From: Candidatus Nanoarchaeia archaeon | GTDB taxonomy: Archaea > Nanobdellota > Nanobdellia > Pacearchaeales > GW2011-AR1 | DNA length: 64,000 nt | Assembly (NCBI GenBank): GCA_041501125.1 | Contig: JBGQNO010000001.1 | Span: forward strand, 37,981 to 101,980 | Direction: 5' to 3' | Shown here: piece by piece, positions 17,946-27,494 of the stretch | Numbering within the stretch: position 1 is the stretch's first letter | How the letters are laid out: the number at the start of each line of letters is the position of its first letter | Notes under the pieces: model-generated | Seen by the model: only the letters and a program-made list of their open reading frames with translations | What the model was told of the DNA's origin: nothing | Databases searched by the model: none | Made by a program: the position numbers and the translations under genes

Positions 17946-20543
17946 TTATTTTTCTCTTTTTTCCTTTATCTGCTTGTACACTCGCTTCAAAAACTCAATC
18001 TTGTCCTCCATTTTCAGCAAATCCATCCTGCCCTGCATTATAAGATTCAGGGAAAACGGCGAAGGAATGCCTGTCTGCACGAATTTAATCTTGATTCTTC
18101 CATCTTTAATCAAATCAACAATCTTTTTTGCATTTTCAATGTCCATTACATCTTCAAGAACTTCTCTTCTTGCTTCTTTTAGTATTGGAAATTCTCCGGA
18201 AATTCTTTTTATAGCATCAAGAATAAAGCCAGACTTGACCTGCTGCCTTCCGACAGAATTTGTTCTGCCCTTGTAATTCCTGAGAATCATCAATGCCCGT
18301 GTCGCGCAATGCCTGAACCTTCTTTTCAGTATTTCTGTCCTGTCAATTGCTTCCTTCAAAACCTCATCAAGATTCTCGCTTGCTAAAAATTTCAGTGCTT
18401 TCTCAATTTTCTGCCTGTCAACATTTTCCCCTGAAACAAAAAATCCATTGTCATTGATTCCAATTTCAATATCCCTGGAGCCAATCCTTGAAACAAGGAA
18501 TGCAAAAGCTCTTGACAGCGCGTCATTAACCCGCCTGCCATAGAGTGTATGGAAAATAAAATAATCCTTGTCTCCTTTGTAATTCTCAACAATAATCTCT
18601 TTCAGTGAAGGAATTCCAATATAATTTTGCTGCTCTTCAAAATACTCATAAATCTCCTTGACACTCTTGTCATGAACATAGCAATGTTGTTTAATAAACT
18701 CCTTGATTTCACATGGACTTAGTTTTTTATGAAATTTTTCTTTAACCAGCTCCCTGAATCTCAATATTTCCAAAGCAAGGTCAAAACTTAATGGCAGCAT
18801 CTCTGAAAACCAGCTCGGAATAGTCGGTGCTCGTTGCACACTTCCCCGGACATATGCATTCATGCCTCTAGTATAAAGAAACTCATACCTCTCGCCTCCA
18901 AGCACAAAAACATCCCGTGGTTTTAATTTCTCGGCAAATGCCTCATCTATCGCTCCAACTTTATGCCCTTTTCTTTCTCCACCAGCAATCACCACATTAA
19001 CAAAAGACTCATCCGGAATTGTTCCAATATTAGTCATATAAATGACTCTTGCAAGCTTTCCCCTCTTTCCAATCTGTTTTGTTTCAGAGTCATACCATAT
19101 CTTTGCATACACATTTTTAGCTTCAAGAGCATACTCTCCTGCAAGATAACTTATTACTCCAAGGAACTCTGCCTTGCTCAAATCCTTGTAAGAATAACAC
19201 CCTTTAATCAGTTCATAGAGCTTGTCAATGTCCCACACCTGATAGATTGCCATGCCAAAAATCTGCTGGCTCAAGACATCCAAGCAATTCTTTGGAATAA
19301 ACACCCGGTCAATCTTCCTTTCTATAATTGCTTTCTTTATTATGCAGCATTCTACAAGATCATCCTTGTCTAAAACAACAAATCTTCCTATTGCAGTATC
19401 ATGAAGTTTGTGCCCTGCTCTTCCTATTCTTTGCATTGCCCTTGAAACAGCCTTCGGACTTCCAAGCAGTATAACAAGGTCAATATATCCAATATCAATT
19501 CCAAGCTCTAAGCTGGTTGAGGTTACAACAACTTTAAGTTTTCCTTCACGCAATCTTTGTTCAATGTCAAACCTTGCATCCTTGCTTAAGGATGAATGAT
19601 GTGCACCTATGTTTGCAATATACTTTGCCGGAAACATCTCCTTTAGATGGTGGATAACTCTTTCAGTCGCGCTTCTTGTGTTTGTAAAAATAACAGTAGT
19701 CTTATGCTCCTGGACAAGTCTGTCAATCAAGCCATAAAGTGAACTGTGCATCTCCAAGCCAGTCGTGTCCAAAAGACTTTCCACAGGTGTAAGAACATCT
19801 AAATCAAGTTTCTTGTCAAATTTTGCATCAGCCACAAGGCACTCTTTTGTTGAGCCAACCAGGAACTTTGCCATCTCATCCAAAGGGGCAATAGTAGCAG
19901 ACAATCCAATCCTTACAGGAGTAATCTTGCTGATGTGCTGCAGCCACTCTAGACTAAGGCTTAAATGAACCCCTCGTTTGTTTGCAAGCGCATGTAGTTC
20001 ATCAACAATAACAAACTCAACACTCTCAAGTTTCTCAGCAAACTTCTTAGAGATAAGAATAATTCCAAGACTCTCAGGTGTAGTTACTAAAATATGAGGG
20101 GTATTCTTGGTCATTTTCTGCCTTTCAGAAGTGCTTGTGTCACCTGTTCTAAGCCCGACTCGTATCTTTTGAAGTTTTATTCCTTTTTTCTCAGCCAGTT
20201 CATTAATCTGTTTCAAAGGAGTTTCCAGATTAACATAAATATCATTGCTTAGGGCCTTCAAAGGCGAGATATACACTGCATAAACCTTGTCTTCAAGTTC
20301 TTGTCTCTCAGCCAAGCTGACAAGATAATTAATAATGCTTAAAAACGATGTAAGAGTTTTTGTTCCTCCTGTAGGAGCTGAAATCAGAATGTTCTTTCTT
20401 TCATGAACAGGCATTACACCATAGAGCTGTGGTATGCTGAACTTCTCAAATCTCGAAAAGAACCACTCATTCACAAGAGGGTGCATAATTCCAATTATCT
20501 CTTTTGGTTCCCTAAGCTTAGCTTCTCCAATTTTCCAATCCAT
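17946..20543 (-). CDS. lhr: Lhr-like ATP-dependent DEAD/DEAH-box helicase (Lhr-core)
   Basis: 865 aa. Walker A APTGGTKT, DELH box (VDELHALANKRG), helicase C-terminal motifs, plus a long Lhr-type C-terminal extension. Confidence 0.85.
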   Translation of the reverse strand: MDWKIGEAKLREPKEIIGIMHPLVNEWFFSRFEKFSIPQLYGVMPVHERKNILISAPTGGTKTLTSFLSIINYLVSLAERQELEDKVYAVYISPLKALSNDIYVNLETPLKQINELAEKKGIKLQKIRVGLRTGDTSTSERQKMTKNTPHILVTTPESLGIILISKKFAEKLESVEFVIVDELHALANKRGVHLSLSLEWLQHISKITPVRIGLSATIAPLDEMAKFLVGSTKECLVADAKFDKKLDLDVLTPVESLLDTTGLEMHSSLYGLIDRLVQEHKTTVIFTNTRSATERVIHHLKEMFPAKYIANIGAHHSSLSKDARFDIEQRLREGKLKVVVTSTSLELGIDIGYIDLVILLGSPKAVSRAMQRIGRAGHKLHDTAIGRFVVLDKDDLVECCIIKKAIIERKIDRVFIPKNCLDVLSQQIFGMAIYQVWDIDKLYELIKGCYSYKDLSKAEFLGVISYLAGEYALEAKNVYAKIWYDSETKQIGKRGKLARVIYMTNIGTIPDESFVNVVIAGGERKGHKVGAIDEAFAEKLKPRDVFVLGGERYEFLYTRGMNAYVRGSVQRAPTIPSWFSEMLPLSFDLALEILRFRELVKEKFHKKLSPCEIKEFIKQHCYVHDKSVKEIYEYFEEQQNYIGIPSLKEIIVENYKGDKDYFIFHTLYGRRVNDALSRAFAFLVSRIGSRDIEIGINDNGFFVSGENVDRQKIEKALKFLASENLDEVLKEAIDRTEILKRRFRHCATRALMILRNYKGRTNSVGRQQVKSGFILDAIKRISGEFPILKEARREVLEDVMDIENAKKIVDLIKDGRIKIKFVQTGIPSPFSLNLIMQGRMDLLKMEDKIEFLKRVYKQIKEKREK

Positions 20544-20595
20544 TTTAACAAAGAATCCTTTCGCATCTTATTAGCCTTTTGTGTTGCTTATAAAG

Positions 20596-21087
20596 TTAAT
20601 GATATACCCTTTTGCAATCAAATCTTGTCAATTTTTCTTTAGAATACTGCAATATAACTTCAAATACCCCTTCCTGCTGCCCTATTAAATCAAAGATTTT
20701 CCTGTCTCCCTCGTACATTCTTATTTTTGAAATTTCAGAATTTGTAACCCAAACAAGTTTGTCTTCAGGCCTTTCTTCTTTCAATCTCCCGTTAAAGGCA
20801 CTAGCATCATAAAATTCTACTCTCCAGTCTTCAGGATTTTCTTTTCCATTCAAAACCCTGCCCCTGTTAAAGAACGTTGCAATCACCCTAAGCCGAGGAT
20901 CCATCAGCCTTAAGCCAGTCTCTTCTTTAATCTCTCGGATTATGCAATCAATACTCCTTTCACCTTCTTCCAATGTCCCGCCAGGAGCAACATAATACCC
21001 TTGGTGAATGTCCTCTTTATCCCGATTTCTATAAAGGAAAAGTGTTATTCCCCCGCTTGTCAAGAAGCACGCTGTCCCATTTTTCAT
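20596..21087 (-). CDS. NUDIX hydrolase
   Basis: 163 aa. Nudix box GGTLEEGERSIDCIIREIKEETGL. Confidence 0.8.
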   Translation of the reverse strand: MKNGTACFLTSGGITLFLYRNRDKEDIHQGYYVAPGGTLEEGERSIDCIIREIKEETGLRLMDPRLRVIATFFNRGRVLNGKENPEDWRVEFYDASAFNGRLKEERPEDKLVWVTNSEISKIRMYEGDRKIFDLIGQQEGVFEVILQYSKEKLTRFDCKRVYH

Positions 21088-21169
21088 AACTACTGCAAAA
21101 TCTCAGAGTTTTTAATTTTTTATGTGTTTTTACACATATATTTAAAAAGATATTCGGTATTAATTTTCT

Positions 21170-21433
21170 ATGAAGCTCAGCCAAGTAAAAAAAGACAAGA
21201 TTTCAGAGCAGATTCTATCGCATCTTTATCACATCTATCCACAATCTAGGTTTACTGCTGAGATTGCAAGAGAGCTTGCCCGCGATGAAGAATTCATTAA
21301 AGCCCTTATGTTAGAGTTGCAGAAGAAAAGCCTGGTCACAGCAATCAAGAAAAACCCTGCAGGAATAGATTATGAAAGAAGAATCAAATGGAGACTGTCA
21401 AATAATAGTTATTCTGCATATAAATCTTTATAA
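21170..21433 (+). CDS. Small winged-helix DNA-binding protein (putative transcriptional regulator)
   Basis: 87 aa. Helix-turn-helix-like segment FTAEIARELARDEEFIKALMLELQKKSLV. Confidence 0.4.
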   Translation: MKLSQVKKDKISEQILSHLYHIYPQSRFTAEIARELARDEEFIKALMLELQKKSLVTAIKKNPAGIDYERRIKWRLSNNSYSAYKSL

Positions 21434-21455
21434 AAAACACTTCAAGTAAGATTAG

Positions 21456-22121
21456 ATGAACGAGCTAAGAGAAGCTTTTAAGAAAGTAAAGGAGGACATT
21501 CTTCTGCTGAATGACGAAGTCAGCACATTAAAAGACGCTTTCTCAGACATTGGTGTTAAGCTGGATGAAATATCCAGAAAGACAGATATTCTGCAGACTA
21601 AACCAACATACACTCCAACACATCCTTCTTATGAAACAGCAACTCCGACACATACTCCAACAGTTCCACAGGCAACAGGGGGGTTAAAACCCCAGTTTAC
21701 CAGTATCTCCATAGGAAATGAAGGGGTTCCAACAGACAGACAGGCAAACCAACAGACAGGCATCCAACAGATAATTAAACAAGAAAACGCCCTGGAAAGA
21801 GCCCATGAAATACTAGACTCTTTAGACAGTCTTAAGAAAGAAGTTCGCATTAAATTCAAGAGACTTACTGAGCAGGAGATTAAGATATTCTCCTTAATCT
21901 ACCAGCTCGACGCTGACGGAGAAATGGTTGATTATAAGCTGCTCTCCCAAAGGACCGGACTTTCAGAATCTTCAATCCGGGATTATGCCCATAAAATCAT
22001 TCAAAAAGGAATCCCGATTTTCAAGGAAAAACTTAATAATAAGCAGATAATATTACATGTATCCCAGGATCTCAGAAAAATTGCATCCCTTGACACGATT
22101 TTGAAGCTCCGCGAAATCTAG
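21456..22121 (+). CDS. Coiled-coil / Thr-Pro-rich linker / C-terminal winged-HTH regulator (paralog of 22457-23071)
   Basis: 221 aa. N-terminal heptad-like segment (LLLNDEVSTLKDAFSDIGVKLDEISRK). TYTPTHPSYETATPTHTPTVPQATGG linker. C-terminal HTH (LTEQEIKIFSLIYQLDADGEMVDYKLLSQRTGLSESSIRDYAHKIIQKG). Confidence 0.5.
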   Translation: MNELREAFKKVKEDILLLNDEVSTLKDAFSDIGVKLDEISRKTDILQTKPTYTPTHPSYETATPTHTPTVPQATGGLKPQFTSISIGNEGVPTDRQANQQTGIQQIIKQENALERAHEILDSLDSLKKEVRIKFKRLTEQEIKIFSLIYQLDADGEMVDYKLLSQRTGLSESSIRDYAHKIIQKGIPIFKEKLNNKQIILHVSQDLRKIASLDTILKLREI

Positions 22122-22456
22122 TATTTTACCGTCGATAAAACACCTTTTTCCAGCATCAAAGACAAAAATTTAGAATAAGACATTCGTTTAAACGAAAATC
22201 TATTTACTTCTGCCTCTTCTTCAATTCCCACATCGTTTTATGCATTTCCCACGATGTTTGACATTCTTTTTCAAGCAAATTTTTATGCTTATTCTGCATT
22301 TAAAACGAACCTTTGTAACCTCACAAGTTCACCTTAATTTTAACTCTCTCTTCTGGAATCTTTCAACCGCAGCACTCTTTTAGTATGTCTTTTGCCTTCA
22401 TGTCTCTCATATTTCTGCACTCACTTCTTTTTCTTGATGGTTTTACCCTCGTCTTC

Positions 22457-23071
22457 CTAATCTTTCCTGTCTTTTTTACCATTCCTAACTCTCACTTTTA
22501 CACTTTTTAGCATTCTTTCTTTAACATCATCAGGCACAAATACCCTCTTTTTACCGTTTTTCTCTATTATTTCCTCAATCATGCCCTCACTTTTCTGTTT
22601 GATAGCATTTACCTGCCCCCTAATCGTAGCTCTGCTTTTTCCTAGCATCACAGCAAGGTCATCGTAACTCAACTTTAGATCAGAGTTTAACATGATGGCA
22701 AACAACGCGCGCTCCATCATTGAAAAACTATCTAAAACACCTGTTTGAACAGGTGTTTGAACAGGTATTTGAACAGCTTCAACAGCCCGCTGTTGCTTCA
22801 AAACAGCCCTGGGTGTTTTAAACAGCTGTTTAACCACCCTCTCGTCAGCCATAGACATCACATCTTTTAGGCTTTCCAGTTCGCGTTTTATCGTCGACAA
22901 ATCATCTTTGACGCTGTTTATATCTTCCTGATGGCCCTGGTCCTGTTTATGCAGGTGTTTTATCCAGCTGCCAATCTTATCAATGTCATCTTTGACTAAA
23001 GAAAAACTATTCTGAACATCCTCTTCAAGCTTCTCAACACTCTTTTTCTTTCCAAACAACCAATCAAACAT
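22457..23071 (-). CDS. Coiled-coil / Gln-Pro-Val-Thr repeat linker / C-terminal HTH regulator (paralog of 21456-22121)
   Basis: 204 aa. N-terminal coiled coil. IPVQTPVQTGV repeat linker encoded by a tandem DNA repeat. C-terminal HTH (LSYDDLAVMLGKSRATIRGQVNAIKQK). Confidence 0.5.
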   Translation of the reverse strand: MFDWLFGKKKSVEKLEEDVQNSFSLVKDDIDKIGSWIKHLHKQDQGHQEDINSVKDDLSTIKRELESLKDVMSMADERVVKQLFKTPRAVLKQQRAVEAVQIPVQTPVQTGVLDSFSMMERALFAIMLNSDLKLSYDDLAVMLGKSRATIRGQVNAIKQKSEGMIEEIIEKNGKKRVFVPDDVKERMLKSVKVRVRNGKKDRKD

Positions 23072-23170
23072 GTAATCTAATCAGATTTAATCTTTATAAA
23101 CATTACGTCTCCGACGTCACTACTCAATATTTCGACGCTAAAATAAGCATAGATTCGGCATCGGAAATAA

Positions 23171-23252
23171 GGGTGTTTAACCAGTCTTTTCCAAAACAAA
23201 CACCTGTTTAAACCAGTCATTTTTAAAACAAACACCTGTTTAAACAGCCCTA
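23171..23252. promoter_or_regulatory. Operator-like direct repeats upstream of the 22457-23071 regulator gene
   Basis: Two copies of AAAACAAACACCTGTTTAAAC (23193-23214, 23225-23246) plus a partial GGGTGTTTAACC (23171-23182). The same CACCTGTTT(G/A)AAC half-site is tandemly repeated inside the regulator's own coding sequence (22738-22775). Confidence 0.35.
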
Positions 23253-23449
23253 AACAGCGTTTATCGACGCTGACACCAAAAATACCCCATCTCCAACACT
23301 CCTAAACACCCCCAATAGAGCACCTTCCCGTCGCTATTTTTCAGGATTTTCCTCAATTATTTTTCTCAATTTGCAAGGAGAAAGGTTTTTAAACATCTCC
23401 GTCGTAGAGTAATCAATATATAATTAAATTAAAAAGGAGGATAAATAAA

Positions 23450-23617
23450 ATGGCAAAATTGACTGCATGGCTTGTAACCATTATCGGTGTTTTGTTACTG
23501 TTACCTTTGATCGGCGTAACTGCATTAGCTGGAATGAATGACTGGCTTATTGCAATAGCTGTAGTGGTAATCGGTATCGGCAAGCTCATGAGGAACTATA
23601 GCGCAAAAAGGAGATAA
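23450..23617 (+). CDS. Small membrane protein (55 aa, 2 TM)
   Basis: ATG preceded by AAAAGGAGG (Shine-Dalgarno-like) 8 nt upstream. MAKLTAWLVTIIGVLLLLPLIGVTALAGMNDWLIAIAVVVIGIGKLMRNYSAKRR. Below the ORF-track cutoff. Confidence 0.4.
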   Translation: MAKLTAWLVTIIGVLLLLPLIGVTALAGMNDWLIAIAVVVIGIGKLMRNYSAKRR

Positions 23618-23665
23618 TTTTATTATTTCTTTTTTCTTTTTTTTATTATTTTTTGTCATTTTATC
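23618..23665 (+). terminator. Oligo-T tract (archaeal intrinsic terminator-like)
   Basis: TTTTATTATTTCTTTTTTCTTTTTTTTATTATTTTTTG immediately after the small membrane protein gene. Confidence 0.35.
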
Positions 23666-23763
23666 ATGTCATTATAAGCTAAAACATCTAAGCGCTGATT
23701 AAAACTTTCAGCATGAATAAAAATCCAAAAAAGGTCATTTAAACCATTAAAAATTCATTAAAA

Positions 23764-23991
23764 ATGCTATCAAAATTCAGGACAGAATTCAAAAAACAGA
23801 CTCGTTTGGCAATAGCAGCTGCAATCGGATTCATAATTGCATTCGCCTGGAAAGATTATATAACAGCCACAGCCCAAAACTGGCTTTCAGGTTTCTCAGC
23901 ATTCTCAGGCCATATTCTTTTATCATCTGCAGTTCTTTTGACCTTGATTGGCACGATTCTGATTCTAATTGCCTCCTGGGCATTAGAGTAG
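23764..23991 (+). CDS. Small membrane protein (2 TM)
   Basis: 75 aa hydrophobic ORF (LAIAAAIGFIIAFAW...LLSSAVLLTLIGTILILIASWALE). Confidence 0.35.
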   Translation: MLSKFRTEFKKQTRLAIAAAIGFIIAFAWKDYITATAQNWLSGFSAFSGHILLSSAVLLTLIGTILILIASWALE

Positions 23992-24108
23992 TCATTAGAA
24001 TAATAAGCTCGCTAAAACTTCCAGTCATCAGCAGAAAGTTTCAGCATGAGAAAAATTTCAAAAAATGCTTGTTTTCCAGCATAGAAATCATTAAAAACTT
24101 CAGAAAAG

Positions 24109-24486
24109 ATGAGAAATTTTATGAGAACGGGATATCTGGTGTTAGCATTAATGTTATTATACTTCTTAGCAGTATCCTACTTTTGGAATGCATATATTGC
24201 AGCATCTTTGATCTTGTTATTAGGCATTTCAAGTTTTATGATATCACATCCACATCCAATTAGTAAATTAGGTTTAGGCATAGGAATAGGAATATTTGCA
24301 GGATGGATAATTGCCCTTTATCAACATGTATCTTCTAAAGGGTATTCTTTCAATGGACCAGAAGTTGGCTTTTTCTTTGCAACATTTGTTGTGGCCATTA
24401 CATTAATTGCTTTTGATGCTAGGTCATATTCTAGGCAAAATTATCAAGTTAAAACCTTCAATCACCGCTTAAACCTTCCTGCATGA
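24109..24486 (+). CDS. Membrane protein (3-4 TM)
   Basis: 125 aa hydrophobic ORF. No recognisable family. Confidence 0.35.
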   Translation: MRNFMRTGYLVLALMLLYFLAVSYFWNAYIAASLILLLGISSFMISHPHPISKLGLGIGIGIFAGWIIALYQHVSSKGYSFNGPEVGFFFATFVVAITLIAFDARSYSRQNYQVKTFNHRLNLPA

Positions 24487-24599
24487 GTATAAACCTCATC
24501 AAAAACCCAAAGTTTTAGGCTAAAACTTCGCACAACATATATTGTGACTACCCTTGAATTTAACTAAAAATATATAAAGATGTTCGCACAATTTATCAT

Positions 24600-25442
24600 A
24601 TGGACAAAGAGGAGTTTCTTAAAAAGATTGAAGTAGAGCTGAAGATTTCTAAAAACTCAGTCTACACACTCAGAAACTATCTTGCTGCTAATACCCTGCT
24701 TCTTGACTATGTCAAAAAGAATCCAGATGAAATAACCTCTGATGATATCAAGCAGTACATGGCTGACAAGCTTTCTGACAAAGCCGCAGTTTCAGTTATT
24801 ATGTTTCTTGCAGCCATAAGATATGCCTATACAAACCTGCTGGAAAAAGACCCGACCTTAAATATTAAAAGGCCAAAAAAAGAAAAGAAACTGCCAGTTG
24901 TTCTTACCAAAGATGAAGTAAAACGATTGATGGCTGCAATCCAAAGTAAAAAAAGCAGGTTAATGGTAAGCCTGATGTATGCCTGTGGTTTAAGGGTGTC
25001 TGAGTTGCTTAGCCTTAAGCTACAGGACATTGACTTTAATGATAAAGTAGGATATACAAGGCAGTCAAAAGGCAAAAAAGACAGGGCTTTTAATATTCCA
25101 GAATTCATTTTTAAAGAACTCGAAGAGCAGTCAAAATCACAACAGGCAGAAGCAAAAGAATTTTTGTTTACAGGCCCAAAAGGCAGGCTTTCCTCAAGAA
25201 ATCTGCAAAAAATAGTCAGAAAAGCAGCAAAAAATGCAGGAATAAACAAGCCGGTTCATTGCCACACACTCCGGCATAGTTTTGCAACGCATTTGCTCGA
25301 GTCTGGCACAGATATAAGGTTAATCCAGGAGTTGCTTGGACACGAAGATCTTTCAACAACCCAGATTTACACCCATGTTTCTCGGGAAGAACTAAAGAAA
25401 GTCAAGTCTCCATTAGACAATTTAATGGCTGATGTAAAATGA
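24600..25442 (+). CDS. xerA: Tyrosine recombinase, XerA/XerC-like integrase
   Basis: 280 aa. Catalytic R...HxLRH...Y signature (HCHTLRHSFATHLLESGTDIRLIQELLGHEDLSTTQIYTHV). N-terminal SAM-like core-binding domain. Confidence 0.85.
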   Translation: MDKEEFLKKIEVELKISKNSVYTLRNYLAANTLLLDYVKKNPDEITSDDIKQYMADKLSDKAAVSVIMFLAAIRYAYTNLLEKDPTLNIKRPKKEKKLPVVLTKDEVKRLMAAIQSKKSRLMVSLMYACGLRVSELLSLKLQDIDFNDKVGYTRQSKGKKDRAFNIPEFIFKELEEQSKSQQAEAKEFLFTGPKGRLSSRNLQKIVRKAAKNAGINKPVHCHTLRHSFATHLLESGTDIRLIQELLGHEDLSTTQIYTHVSREELKKVKSPLDNLMADVK

Positions 25443-26008
25443 GCATGCAGCAAAACAGCCTGTCTGAAAATTATAGATTTGTGGAAAAAGTTTTGGTTCA
25501 AGGTGATTCAAGATATCTTAATCCTTATCTTACGAAGATTCTTGCTTATTTTATTACAAAGAAAGCGGTGTCTATCAACGAGCGAGAAATTCAAAAAATT
25601 CAAGAGCCAAAAGAAAACGATTTGCATGAACTAACCAATCCTCAAAAATTAGCGAAATATATAGCAAAAACTCTTTTAATCAGCGAGGGCTTTTTAGATT
25701 CCGAAATATTTTTTGAAAGAAATTTTGGAGACAGCAGGCCAGACGTCTCTGCTTTAAATTCAAACAGGGAGATATTTGTTGAATGTTTTTCGTGCAGGAT
25801 TAACAAAGTAATAGATTATCTTTCTCAAGATAGAGAGGTGTGGGTTTTAACATCAGGTTCATACCCCTGGGATAAAAGTCCTCTTACTGAAAAAATTAAA
25901 CTCATTGAATTTAAAAAAGGACAAAACTGGGATTTAATATTTGATGAATACAAAGCAAAACAGAACAAAATGTTAGGTGATATAAAAAATCCTCTTGACA
26001 ATCTGTAG
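25439..26008 (+). CDS. Hypothetical protein co-transcribed with the integrase (possible PD-(D/E)xK-like nuclease fold; C-terminus mimics an integrase C-terminus)
   Basis: 189 aa, 4-nt overlap with the integrase stop. RPDVSAL...EIFVECFSCRINK is loosely PD-(D/E)xK-like. The C-terminal IKNPLDNL matches the XerA-like C-termini SPLDNL and NPLDGL. Confidence 0.3.
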   Translation: MSMQQNSLSENYRFVEKVLVQGDSRYLNPYLTKILAYFITKKAVSINEREIQKIQEPKENDLHELTNPQKLAKYIAKTLLISEGFLDSEIFFERNFGDSRPDVSALNSNREIFVECFSCRINKVIDYLSQDREVWVLTSGSYPWDKSPLTEKIKLIEFKKGQNWDLIFDEYKAKQNKMLGDIKNPLDNL

Positions 26009-26070
26009 TTTTATTTGTCTAATCACGCATTTCCAGACCTTCTGGCATAAGATTCCATATCTTTCCAAGA

Positions 26071-26682
26071 TCATGTCCCAGCAGCTGATGCTGCTTTTCC
26101 GGGTTCTTGTTTTGAAGACTCTGGCTGAATTGACAGAGCTGGCATAGGTGTAGGTGTTGATGAAACATGTTCAGCTTTACTGGATTCTGGTTTTGCAGAT
26201 TCTGCATCTGTTTGTTTTATGTAAGCTTTCAAAATCTGAGTGCTTATAGGGCTGTTAGGGTTTTCTTGTAAAATTTGAGGATATGGTCCAACATAATACT
26301 GTGCGCATAAACCCATGATATATTCGCGGACAACAATATGAGTTTTTGACTCAATCACGCTTCCTGTAACAGTGCTGTCTTTGTCAAGTCCATACCTCAG
26401 AGCCTCGCCAAGATAATGCCTAATCCATCTCTCTTTCCTTTCTATACGATGTTTGTATAACTCTATGTCCAAAACATTATCTTTTTGCTCCGTGACTTTT
26501 TCGCCTTCTTCCGGCTTTTTCTCAACAGGTTCTAAACTTGTTCTTAATATGTTAACATCCCTAATCAATCGTTCTAATGTTCCTACAAGCCATTTTTTTC
26601 TTTCTAATCCGTGCACTAATTCATTAACATTCTGAGCGCTGGTTTTTTCTTCAACTCCCATATCCTGAAAACACATTTTCAA
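26071..26682 (-). CDS. Hypothetical protein with low-complexity Ser/Pro/Lys-rich C-terminus
   Basis: 203 aa ORF. C-terminal AESAKPESSKAEHVSSTPTPMPALSIQPESSKQEPGKAASAAGT. Confidence 0.35.
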   Translation of the reverse strand: MKMCFQDMGVEEKTSAQNVNELVHGLERKKWLVGTLERLIRDVNILRTSLEPVEKKPEEGEKVTEQKDNVLDIELYKHRIERKERWIRHYLGEALRYGLDKDSTVTGSVIESKTHIVVREYIMGLCAQYYVGPYPQILQENPNSPISTQILKAYIKQTDAESAKPESSKAEHVSSTPTPMPALSIQPESSKQEPGKAASAAGT

Positions 26683-26744
26683 TTTATAAGAATTCGTATG
26701 TTTTACCCTAAGCTTTATAAACCATCTTTATATCCATAAGTCTT

Positions 26745-27182
26745 ATGTCAAATAATTTAGGTTCAAGAAGTTCAGACAATGAGCACTCAATTGATGGAAT
26801 TGTAATTCCAGATACACTGAAAGAAGGTTATTCATTAGAAAATATGCAAAATGTTATAGAAATACTCAGAGAGTCAGTTTCTAATCTTCAAGAGCTCACA
26901 AGAGAGCATATAATGCCTGCCAGTGAAGCAGCTAACATTGCACATGCCCTTTATGACAGGACCGAAATTATTGGCTGGCATCTTTTGCATAAAGATAAAG
27001 AGTTTAAAAAGAATGATGAAAGAAAGTACGGCAAGATGATAGACTGTGTTACAGATATCCATACAAATCTTTGCAAATTAATGATTGCTAAGGTTGTATA
27101 CTCGCCTAGCGAACTTGCAGAAAAAACAAGAGAGGAATATTTCCAATTGCATCCAGACCAATACAAAGAAGATGCAGCTTAA
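26745..27182 (+). CDS. Hypothetical protein
   Basis: 145 aa ORF with no recognisable motif. Confidence 0.3.
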   Translation: MSNNLGSRSSDNEHSIDGIVIPDTLKEGYSLENMQNVIEILRESVSNLQELTREHIMPASEAANIAHALYDRTEIIGWHLLHKDKEFKKNDERKYGKMIDCVTDIHTNLCKLMIAKVVYSPSELAEKTREEYFQLHPDQYKEDAA

Positions 27183-27193
27183 TTCTATTTAAA

Positions 27194-27445
27194 ATGAATG
27201 CCACTCAGGAACAGCCATCCACTCTTGTTGAAAGAATAAATTTTCTCAGAGAAGAGATGCGCAACAGAAGAAGACGCGGAGAATACTGCACAGCCCAGGG
27301 CATATTAAAAGACGGCAGTGATAATAAACACATAATTTGTAATTTTCCATACATTGAAAAATATTGTTGGCACAAATGTAATCAAATTCGTGGAGTTCGC
27401 TCAATGCACGATCTTTGCAATTATCGTCCGACACCTTTTGATTAA
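27194..27445 (+). CDS. Hypothetical Cys/His-rich small protein (possible Zn-binding)
   Basis: 83 aa. C..C..H..C....H..C pattern (EYCTAQG...HIICNFPYIEKYCWHKCNQIRGVRSMHDLCNY). Confidence 0.3.
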   Translation: MNATQEQPSTLVERINFLREEMRNRRRRGEYCTAQGILKDGSDNKHIICNFPYIEKYCWHKCNQIRGVRSMHDLCNYRPTPFD

Positions 27446-27494
27446 TATATTTCTTTGCAAGTAAGTTTATAAATTAAAGTTCGCTTTAATATGA

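Noticed and set aside
23171-23252. Possible CRISPR array suggested by the repeated AAACACCTGTTTAAAC units
   Set aside because: Only two to three copies, with variable spacing of about 10 nt rather than 30-40 nt spacers, and no cas genes. Better explained as operator-like sites.
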